Below, piece after piece: positions 9,705 through 17,631 of a stretch of 64,000 nucleotides of DNA (its first letter is position 1; every line of letters starts with the position of its first letter). The position numbers and the translations under genes are program-made. The DNA is taken from NCBI GenBank assembly GCA_050950825.1, contig JBMNIH010000009.1, positions 64,001 through 128,000 on the forward strand, given 5' to 3'. Source of the DNA: Clostridia bacterium. GTDB lineage: Bacteria; Bacillota; Clostridia; JAAYHZ01. The notes under the pieces are model-generated. The model was not told the DNA's origin, made no database searches, and saw only the letters and a program-made list of their open reading frames with translations.

Positions 9705-11717
9705 ATGAGCGACAGACAAACACCCTATAAATATTTTAGACCTAGAAAAATGGCCAGCTGGGTAACCGAGCTTGACGACATTTTATGGCCGAGCAAAGCG
9801 GTAATCGAGAAAATCAAGAAGAGAGCCAAAGGATTTGCCGATGCGGGAATCGACACGGCGATTAACTACGGCTTTCATCTTCGTTTCGATTTTTCCGACT
9901 ATTTTGAAATGCTCCACGGCTATTTGAAAGATGTGTGCGACGAGCTTCACAAATACGGTATTAAATTTATGGATCACTACAGCTGCAACTTGGTGGAAAG
10001 ACCGCGAACAAAAGAAGATTTCTTTTTCCTTCGCAACGCCCACAGGCACCACGTTCTTTTGCATAAGGACAGCAAAGCCGCCGAGTTTGCCCAATACGAA
10101 GGCTATCGCTTCCAAGATATATGCGAAAAACGTATAGCCGACGGAACCCGAGGCTACAGCTGGAATTACCAGGCGGAAATGTTCTGTCACAACAACCCGA
10201 ACTTTTTGGATATGCATCGAAAATACTTGGAAAGATTGTTTAACGATGTACCCATAGACGGATTGGAAATTGACGATATGTGCGATTACGGCGCATTTTC
10301 CACTTGCTGCTGCGATTACTGCAAAGAGCGCTTCCGGAAAGAATTCGGAAGAGAACTGCCTCCCTTTGAAGATAAGGATTTTTGGGGCAATACGGACGCA
10401 CATCCGACGGCATGGGGGAATTATGAAAATCCCGCTTTCCGGGATTGGGTGATGTTAAAAGCGAACTCCGCTAAAGACCACATCAAAATGGTAAAAGAAA
10501 TATTGGGGGACCGCCCCTTAATGACGTGCTGCTCCGCAACCGGACCCATGGTTTTAAATGGCTTGGGTCTGAACCTGGAACGGTTTATGGATAATTTGGA
10601 TTTGCTTATGCTGGAAAACTGCGGCATGGGTGTCGATACGGTTTTATGGGACCGAAAAGAAGCGGAAGCGCTGCTTCAAAAAAACATTGCTCTGAACATG
10701 GGACGTGCACCGGCTATCGCTTTGAGCTACTTTGTATACGATCCCGGAGCCTATTTGGGATGGGCTTTGGCAAGGTTCTGGGGTGTGTCCAACTGGGCGA
10801 GCACCATGGCAGGAAGATTAAGCCACGACCCCGGAGACTTTAAGGAAACCCACGAGCTTTTAGCGCCTTGTAACAACTGGGAAGACCGATACAGTCGAAT
10901 CGATCCTTGCGAGGGAGAAGATATCTATGAGGTGCGTTTGGTCAACAACCTTTTATGCCGAGAAAACGGACATCGAGACGATAAGGGAAGAGACCATTGG
11001 ACGAAGGTCGCCGCATGGTCGAGGGCGTTGCTTCATAGCAACGTAGGATATCGTTTCTTACGCTATACCGAGCTTGCCGATGAAGAACGCCTTATCAGCG
11101 AAGACACGCCTTTGATTATCGATAATTGCGGAGTGGTATCCGACGCCCAGTTTAACGCGATAAAAGCATTTTTGGAAAAGGGCGGCAAGGTGATTCTTTC
11201 TCTTCCTTTCGGCATACGCGACGAAAAAGGATACCTTCGTGAAAAGCCTTTGTCCGAGGAGCTTTTAAACAAAGGATACAAAGGTCTTGTGTTGTTGGAA
11301 AACGTCGATTCGGCCGATGCATCCGTTGTTTCCCGATTGATCAGTGAAAATCATATCGTACCGAGAATTCGTCAAACGGAAGGGGATCCTACTTGGGCGG
11401 TCCGTATCCGAAAACATAAGGATAAACTCGTTATGCATGTATTGAATCGAGCATTGGAAGCAATCCCGCATCCGTCATTGACTTCTTCATTGGGACCTCA
11501 GAAGATATTGAAGGATTTTAAAGCGGTTCACAAAAACGATGTGATTACCTATGAAGTAAATATCGACGGAATTGTTGACGAATGGAACAATTTGACTTTC
11601 ATGACACCCGAAACCGGTTCAGTGAAACATGAAGTGAAAACGGAAATGATATCCGACCGGCTTGTACGGGTATCGATAAACGTGAAGGATCTTGTTTTGT
11701 ACGGTATAATTTCATAA
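9705..11717 (+). CDS. Putative glycoside-hydrolase-like protein, copy B (tandem paralogue of 7676-9688)
   Basis: Same length (670 aa) and same motifs; closely similar over the first ~450 aa; GAGG RBS. Confidence 0.6.
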   Translation: MSDRQTPYKYFRPRKMASWVTELDDILWPSKAVIEKIKKRAKGFADAGIDTAINYGFHLRFDFSDYFEMLHGYLKDVCDELHKYGIKFMDHYSCNLVERPRTKEDFFFLRNAHRHHVLLHKDSKAAEFAQYEGYRFQDICEKRIADGTRGYSWNYQAEMFCHNNPNFLDMHRKYLERLFNDVPIDGLEIDDMCDYGAFSTCCCDYCKERFRKEFGRELPPFEDKDFWGNTDAHPTAWGNYENPAFRDWVMLKANSAKDHIKMVKEILGDRPLMTCCSATGPMVLNGLGLNLERFMDNLDLLMLENCGMGVDTVLWDRKEAEALLQKNIALNMGRAPAIALSYFVYDPGAYLGWALARFWGVSNWASTMAGRLSHDPGDFKETHELLAPCNNWEDRYSRIDPCEGEDIYEVRLVNNLLCRENGHRDDKGRDHWTKVAAWSRALLHSNVGYRFLRYTELADEERLISEDTPLIIDNCGVVSDAQFNAIKAFLEKGGKVILSLPFGIRDEKGYLREKPLSEELLNKGYKGLVLLENVDSADASVVSRLISENHIVPRIRQTEGDPTWAVRIRKHKDKLVMHVLNRALEAIPHPSLTSSLGPQKILKDFKAVHKNDVITYEVNIDGIVDEWNNLTFMTPETGSVKHEVKTEMISDRLVRVSINVKDLVLYGIIS

Positions 11718-11729
11718 GCGGAGGTTTTC

Positions 11730-12206
11730 ATGAGTATTTTTAACGATGACGTAATGGAAGCGTTTGCAAGCGGCATGTTGAATGCGGTTTGCGAGTACGT
11801 CAGCAATGTAATCGGATGCGAGATGCTATTCAATCCGAAGGTCACGCTTGAGGAAGCCGTCCGGCGGGGGTTTGAAGAAAGCTCCGTGGATGATACTTAC
11901 GAGCGATACGGAATTGAAACGATTTTTCGGTTGTTGGAGCGAAGCGATTACAAGAGTTACGAAGAGTTGGATGTATTAAGAAAGAAATATACCGACAAAG
12001 TGATGAAGCTCTGTGTCAATTTCTACAAAAAAGCGCTAACCGAAACTTATGAAAAAAATCCCGGCATGTCGACGGAGGAGTTGTCCGATATATTGTCGGA
12101 TGATTTGACTTTATCCGGATCCGTTTATAACGAGAATTATATGATACGAAAAATCATGAAACTGTTAAGAGAATACGAAGAGCGTGTAAACGCCGTGGAA
12201 TGGTAA
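11730..12206 (+). CDS. Hypothetical acidic protein
   Basis: GGAGG RBS, tight operon spacing, no recognised motif. Confidence 0.7.
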   Translation: MSIFNDDVMEAFASGMLNAVCEYVSNVIGCEMLFNPKVTLEEAVRRGFEESSVDDTYERYGIETIFRLLERSDYKSYEELDVLRKKYTDKVMKLCVNFYKKALTETYEKNPGMSTEELSDILSDDLTLSGSVYNENYMIRKIMKLLREYEERVNAVEW

Positions 12207-12217
12207 GGAGTTGTGCC

Positions 12218-13189
12218 GTGAAAAAGTATTTTTTAGGTGTAGACGGTGGAGGCACGAAATTACTGTCCCTTTTATTCGACGAAGATTTGAATTTCATTTC
12301 ATCGGGAGTCGGAGGGCCGATAAATCCGAACTTTTCCACTTTGGATCAAGTCAAGGAGAGCATGATTCAAAGCATCACCGGGTGCCTGCCCGAAGGATTT
12401 AGAGAACCGATTCAATGTTGCCATATCACGATGCCGGGACCGGCGGAGCTCTATGTGGAGCTGCTGTCGGAACGCTGTCCGGTTATTGAGAGCAGGAGAT
12501 TAAGCGAAGGAGGTGCTTGCCTTTTGGCCGGTATCCAAAAGAAAACGGGTATCGTGGCATTGGCCGGCACGGGATCCGGCGCCTTTTATATCGTGGACAT
12601 CGAGCGGATGTATCATCTTGGCGGATGGGGATCGTTAGTAGGAGACGAGGGGAGCGGATACGATATCGGAGCGAAAGGACTTCGTGCCGCCATATACTCC
12701 TATGACGGCAGGGGTCCGAAAACCGTTTTGGAAGAGATGTTTAAAAGCTATTTCCAAGTGGAAGACTTTGTTGAAATTCGAAGCATTATATATAAAAATC
12801 CCAATTATCGCTCGACTTTATCCAAGCTGTGTTTACTTGTTTTGCAAGCGGCACGGCAAGGAGACCCTTGTGCGGTCAATATTATGAAAGAAGCGGGAAA
12901 AGACATGGCTTTGCAGGTGACGACCCTTATGAAACGAGAAGGAGTACCGGAAAAAGGAGTCGATATCGTGGTCTCCGGAAGCGTATGGAAGAAAAACTCG
13001 CATATGTTTGATTCGTTCAAGCAAGAAGTACAGAATCTTTATCCCCGCATTGTCGTATCGAAGCCTCTTTTTGAGCCTGCGGTAGGTTCGGTCGTTTTTG
13101 AAGCTTTTCGTCTGTACGACGAGATCGACAATGATAGGAGAAATCACCTGAAAGAGCAATTCCAAGGGTTTTTGTACGACCCGGTGTAA
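12218..13189 (+). CDS. BadF/BadG/BcrA/BcrD-family sugar kinase (N-acetylglucosamine kinase-like)
   Basis: LGVDGGGTK, AGTGS, GGWGSLVGDEGSGYDIG; GTG start after AAGGAG. Confidence 0.88.
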   Translation: MKKYFLGVDGGGTKLLSLLFDEDLNFISSGVGGPINPNFSTLDQVKESMIQSITGCLPEGFREPIQCCHITMPGPAELYVELLSERCPVIESRRLSEGGACLLAGIQKKTGIVALAGTGSGAFYIVDIERMYHLGGWGSLVGDEGSGYDIGAKGLRAAIYSYDGRGPKTVLEEMFKSYFQVEDFVEIRSIIYKNPNYRSTLSKLCLLVLQAARQGDPCAVNIMKEAGKDMALQVTTLMKREGVPEKGVDIVVSGSVWKKNSHMFDSFKQEVQNLYPRIVVSKPLFEPAVGSVVFEAFRLYDEIDNDRRNHLKEQFQGFLYDPV

Positions 13190-13216
13190 AAGAAGAAAGG
13201 AAGGTTTAAAAAGCCA

Positions 13217-13954
13217 ATGATTCAAACCTATTTTAGTGAAATACAGCGTATTTTGGATGAAATACTGAAAACCCAGAAGCCGGTCATGGAGAAAACGGCG
13301 GAGATTTTGGCGGATGCCATTGCGGACCGTCGCAACATTTTTGTTTTCGGCTGCAGCCACGCCGGTATATTGGCGCAAGAAATGTTTTACAGAACCGGCG
13401 GCTTGGCGGTTATCAATCCCATTCTTCCACCGGGGCTGACCTTGGAGGTTCGTCCGGTGACCATGACCACCGATATGGAACGGTTGGAAGGCTACGGGAA
13501 AACGATTTTAAAATCCTCCGGAATCAAAGAAGGAGATGTGTTGATTATCCATTCCGTATCCGGAAGGAATGCCGTACCGGTGGAAATGGCGATAGAAGCA
13601 AGAAAGACGGGTGTAACCGTGGTGGCCTTAACCAACGTGAAATATTCGAAATCGGTTACATCCAGACACAGCAGCGGAAAAAGGCTGTTTGAAGTATGCG
13701 ATTACCTTTTGGACAATTGCGGAAGCATCGGTGACACGGTTTGCAAGATTGAAGGGTTCGATCAAAAGGTAGCCGCTTCTTCTACGGTTTCGGGAGCCGC
13801 CATCTTGAATGCCATATTGGCCGAGACGGTGGACCGAGTCGTGAAAAAAGGCTTAGTTCCTCCCGTGTTTATCAGTGCGAACATGGAGGGAGGAGACGAG
13901 CACAACGCTCGCATTTTAAAAGAATACAAAGACAACATCAAATATATGGATTAA
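13217..13954 (+). CDS. SIS-domain sugar-phosphate protein (UPF0309, NagS-like)
   Basis: FVFGCSH, FYRTGGL, ERLEG, SVSGRN.VPVEMA, SRHSSG, PPVFISANMEGG. Confidence 0.85.
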   Translation: MIQTYFSEIQRILDEILKTQKPVMEKTAEILADAIADRRNIFVFGCSHAGILAQEMFYRTGGLAVINPILPPGLTLEVRPVTMTTDMERLEGYGKTILKSSGIKEGDVLIIHSVSGRNAVPVEMAIEARKTGVTVVALTNVKYSKSVTSRHSSGKRLFEVCDYLLDNCGSIGDTVCKIEGFDQKVAASSTVSGAAILNAILAETVDRVVKKGLVPPVFISANMEGGDEHNARILKEYKDNIKYMD

Positions 13955-13966
13955 GGTAATGATTTT

Positions 13967-14386
13967 ATGGCAGACACGGATCGGCGCTGCCCCTATTGCC
14001 ATGCGGCGGTAAAGCAAAGAGCTTTTCGATGCGCCGCATGCGGCAGCCTCATCGGAAGGAAAAATAAAAATATTCCGAGCATTGAACCGGAACCAAGGGA
14101 AGATGCGGAGCCTTCGAATTGCCTCGAGACCGAAGAGGTTCTTCCGAAAAGAAGAGCCCTTTCCACGACCGGTGCAGGCTTGTTTTTGTTCGGACTTATG
14201 GTGTTCATTCCCTTGGTCGGTCAATTGGCCGGACTTATCACCGGACTTGTGTTGTTCTTGCAGGGTAAAAGCAAAGACGGAAAATACAAGGGAAGAGTGT
14301 ATATATTTCAATACTTCTTGTTTTTCGTCTTTTGGTTTGCCGTACTCTATTTCCTAAACGAATACTTCGGGTTGGTAAAGTTTTAG
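13967..14386 (+). CDS. Zinc-ribbon membrane protein
   Basis: CPYC..CAACG at the N-terminus, hydrophobic C-terminal segments. Confidence 0.7.
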   Translation: MADTDRRCPYCHAAVKQRAFRCAACGSLIGRKNKNIPSIEPEPREDAEPSNCLETEEVLPKRRALSTTGAGLFLFGLMVFIPLVGQLAGLITGLVLFLQGKSKDGKYKGRVYIFQYFLFFVFWFAVLYFLNEYFGLVKF

Positions 14387-14388
14387 AT

Positions 14389-14979
14389 ATGACGGATAAG
14401 GAAACGTTAAGAAAAAGAATTCTTGCCGTAAGAAAAGGCTTGGATGAAGAAACAAAAAAGCGTTTGGGGCGGATTATATGCCAAAAGCTCTTGGATTCTT
14501 CTCTGTATAAGGAAGCAAAAACGGTTATGAGCTACATGGATTTTCGAAACGAAGCTCCGACGGAGGTTTTGAACCGTGCCTGTTTATCCGACGGTAAAAA
14601 TCTTTTGTTGCCTTACTGTATAGACGATAAAAATATGCATGCCGTAAAAGCGGAGCTTTTACCGGACGAATCCTTCACGGACCGCTTCGGCATTCGGGTT
14701 CCGAAAAACGCTCTCGAATATGTTTGGGATCCGAAAAGGATCGACCTTTTGGTTGTGCCCGGAGTGGTGTTCAACCGAAAGTGTTATCGTATCGGCTACG
14801 GGAAAGGCTTTTACGATCGGTTTTTGACACTAGTGAAGCCGGATTGCATCAAGGTGGGGTTTGCATACGAATTTCAGATCGTCGACGATCATTTTCAGCG
14901 GGATTACGATATCCCGACGGATATATTAATCAGTGAAAAGCGGGTCTATTACAATGAAAATAGTGGAGTTGGATTATAA
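14389..14979 (+). CDS. 5-formyltetrahydrofolate cyclo-ligase
   Basis: KETLRK, DLLVVPGVVF, RIGYGKGFYDRFL, DIPTD. Confidence 0.92.
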   Translation: MTDKETLRKRILAVRKGLDEETKKRLGRIICQKLLDSSLYKEAKTVMSYMDFRNEAPTEVLNRACLSDGKNLLLPYCIDDKNMHAVKAELLPDESFTDRFGIRVPKNALEYVWDPKRIDLLVVPGVVFNRKCYRIGYGKGFYDRFLTLVKPDCIKVGFAYEFQIVDDHFQRDYDIPTDILISEKRVYYNENSGVGL

Positions 14980-15937
14980 CAAGGAGAATACGGTAACAAG
15001 AGCGAACAAGCTGTTTTTTGTGTTCTGTACCCTTTTTTTGATTTCCCGATTGGCCTTTACCCTTTATATGAACTTTCAAATTGAGCTTTACGGTTTGGAT
15101 GTGGCCAACAACATGTTTGACGATTACACATATCCTCTCATTCTTTACAATGAGATTGTTTTGGTTTTGCTGCCCGCCTTAATCTACACGTTGATATACC
15201 GGCTGAATATACCCTACGGATTTCGCTTCAACACGTTAAAGTTCAAGAATCTGATTATCATCCTTCTACTGAGCGTTCCGTTGTATGTTTTCTTAAGCTC
15301 GGTAAACAGCATTTCCTATTACTTTCTGCAGCATGTAGGGGATATTCCTGCAAGGGACCTTCCTTTGCCGAAAAATGCAAGAGAATTCATCCTAAGCCTT
15401 TTCATTGTGGCATTTATACCCGCCGTTTGCGAGGAATATTTCCTTCGGGGAATCCTTCTTAACGCCTACAACCGAAGAGGCGCTTTTTCCGCCATTATAT
15501 CAGGCGGCATATTCTTTTCGATTTTTCATTTCGATTTGACCAATATTTTGGCACCCTTTTTCTTCGGCGTTATTATCGGCTATGTGGTTTTGCGAACCAA
15601 TTCCATCTATGCCGGTATTTTAGCCCATTTTCTCAACAACGCCATTGCCCATACCATGATGTTTGTTGCGAGCAAACCCGATGCTCCGGCCATTGTCCGT
15701 ATTTCCCCGGATGAATTTTTCGGGATTTTACTGCAATGTCTTGTCTCTTTGGCCGTCATTTTCCTGCTGCTCATGGCCATAAAAGCGTTGAACCCTCAAG
15801 TAAAATTAAAAAAGACCATTCGAAATCCCTTTTTAGGTTTCTTTGATATTATCACCCATTGGCCCGTTTTGCTTTCACTCGTGTTGTACGGCCTTCGCAC
15901 ATATTTTATCCTCATTCGCGTACAATTTATAAAATAA
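14954..15937 (+). CDS. CPBP (Abi/CAAX) intramembrane metalloprotease
   Basis: EEYFLRG, FSIFH, HFLNN motifs; polytopic; start uncertain. Confidence 0.88.
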   Translation: MKIVELDYNKENTVTRANKLFFVFCTLFLISRLAFTLYMNFQIELYGLDVANNMFDDYTYPLILYNEIVLVLLPALIYTLIYRLNIPYGFRFNTLKFKNLIIILLLSVPLYVFLSSVNSISYYFLQHVGDIPARDLPLPKNAREFILSLFIVAFIPAVCEEYFLRGILLNAYNRRGAFSAIISGGIFFSIFHFDLTNILAPFFFGVIIGYVVLRTNSIYAGILAHFLNNAIAHTMMFVASKPDAPAIVRISPDEFFGILLQCLVSLAVIFLLLMAIKALNPQVKLKKTIRNPFLGFFDIITHWPVLLSLVLYGLRTYFILIRVQFIK

Positions 15938-15960
15938 CGCCGTCTTTTTTCTTTAAATAG

Positions 15961-15988
15961 GTATAAACATTCATTTCCCACATATATT
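15961..15988 (+). promoter_or_regulatory. Sigma-E-like promoter of spoIVA
   Basis: GTATA-N15-CATATATT upstream of a known mother-cell gene. Confidence 0.55.
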
Positions 15989-16028
15989 TGTTATGGTACA
16001 AGTTTTAATGAATCAAGGGGGAATTTGA

Positions 16029-17504
16029 ATGGAATATAACATATACGGCGAAATCGCAGAAAGGACAAACGGCAATGTGTATATAGGTGTAGTTGGCCCG
16101 GTAAGAACCGGAAAATCCACATTCGTTAAAAGATTCATGGATTTGAAGGTCATTCCGAACATTCGGAACGGATACGACAAAGCCCGTGCAATTGACGAAT
16201 TGCCTCAAAGCGGTACCGGCAGGACCATTATGACTGCAGAGCCCAAATTTGTCCCGAACGAAGCCGTTGAAATCAATATGGAAGACAATATCAGTCTTAG
16301 CGTTCGTATGATTGATTGTGTCGGGTACATCGTAAAAGAGGCGATAGGCTACATAGAGGACAACGCACCGAGAATGGTAAACACGCCATGGTTCGATTCC
16401 CCGATACCCTTTGAAGAGGCTGCCGAAGTCGGCACGAGAAAAGTCATTCAAGATCATTCCACCATCGGCATCGTCGTAACTACGGACGGATCCATCACCG
16501 AGATCCCCCGAGACGCCTATATCGATGCCGAAAGAAGAGTAATTGAAGAGCTTAAGGCGAGAAAGAAGCCTTTTGCGGTTCTTCTCAACTCTACAAGGCC
16601 GGACGATCCCGAAACGAAAAAAATAGCGGCGGAGCTTGCGGAAACCTACCAAGTCCCGGTCAAGTGCGTAGATGCATTGAATATGAGAGAATCCGAAGTC
16701 AATGACATCATGAACATGGTTCTAATGGAGTTCCCCGTCAATGATATCTACTTTGATTTTCCTTCTTGGGTGGATAGCTTGGATGACGACTACGAACTGA
16801 AGCAAAAATACCGTAATTTATGTATAAAATCATTTTCCAATATCCGAAAGCTGAGAGAGGCGCGGGATCGGCTGCAAGGACTCATGGAACCGGAAATCGT
16901 GGAAAATGCCTTTGTGAAAGCCATTAAGCCCGGCTCCGGATTTATCAATATTCAATTGACGGCAAGTGAAAGCTTGTTCTACAAGACCCTGTGCGATATT
17001 TCCGGATTGGATGTCAGCGACGAGCGAAAGCTGATGAATTGTATCAAGGAGCTTTCAAATATTCAAGTTCAATACAAGCAGATCGAATACGCACTGCACC
17101 AAGCGAAAACCGTCGGTTACGGTATTGTTATGCCGGTCTTAGATGAAATGAGCTTGGAAAAGCCGGAGATTATCAAGCAAGCCGGTCGTTTCGGTGTAAA
17201 GCTACGAGCCACCGCTCCTTCCATTCATTTAATCCGTGCGGATATCGAAACGGAAGTAGCTCCCTTGGTAGGCACGGAAAAACAGTCGGAGGAGCTGGCG
17301 GAGCATATTATCAACGAATTTGAAGAAAAACCGGAATTGATGTGGCAGTCCAACATATTCGGAAAATCCCTTCATGATTTGGTTATCGAAGGACTTAATA
17401 ATAAGCTTTTAAAAATGCCGGAAGATGCACAAATTAAGCTGCGAGAAACCTTGGAAAGAATCCTTAACGAAAGCAACGGCAGTCTCATATGCATCATCTT
17501 GTAA
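16029..17504 (+). CDS. spoIVA: Stage IV sporulation protein A
   Basis: IAERTNGNVYIGVVGPVRTGKSTF, DELPQSG, C-terminal LICIIL. Confidence 0.97.
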   Translation: MEYNIYGEIAERTNGNVYIGVVGPVRTGKSTFVKRFMDLKVIPNIRNGYDKARAIDELPQSGTGRTIMTAEPKFVPNEAVEINMEDNISLSVRMIDCVGYIVKEAIGYIEDNAPRMVNTPWFDSPIPFEEAAEVGTRKVIQDHSTIGIVVTTDGSITEIPRDAYIDAERRVIEELKARKKPFAVLLNSTRPDDPETKKIAAELAETYQVPVKCVDALNMRESEVNDIMNMVLMEFPVNDIYFDFPSWVDSLDDDYELKQKYRNLCIKSFSNIRKLREARDRLQGLMEPEIVENAFVKAIKPGSGFINIQLTASESLFYKTLCDISGLDVSDERKLMNCIKELSNIQVQYKQIEYALHQAKTVGYGIVMPVLDEMSLEKPEIIKQAGRFGVKLRATAPSIHLIRADIETEVAPLVGTEKQSEELAEHIINEFEEKPELMWQSNIFGKSLHDLVIEGLNNKLLKMPEDAQIKLRETLERILNESNGSLICIIL

Positions 17505-17547
17505 AACAAGCGGCGTAAAACCTTCTTTTTAATCGGATTCTAATTAT

Positions 17548-17597
17548 AAAACCTCCGAACCCATGTTATAATTAACGTAACGGTTCGGAGGTTTTTT
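17548..17597 (+). terminator. 14-bp perfect inverted repeat with T tail after spoIVA; loop holds an extended -10
   Basis: AAAACCTCCGAACC-N20-GGTTCGGAGGTTTT; loop contains TGTTATAAT. Confidence 0.7.
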
Positions 17598-17631
17598 CGG
17601 TTGAACGTAAAATGGAATTTTGGAGGCCGGA

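Larger units (their letters stand above)
7676..11717 (+). repeat. Tandem gene duplication (two ~2.0 kb diverged units)
   Basis: Identical DNA blocks such as TTGCATAAGGACAGCAAAGCCGCCGAGTTTGCCC in both copies; 16-nt spacer between genes. Confidence 0.95.
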
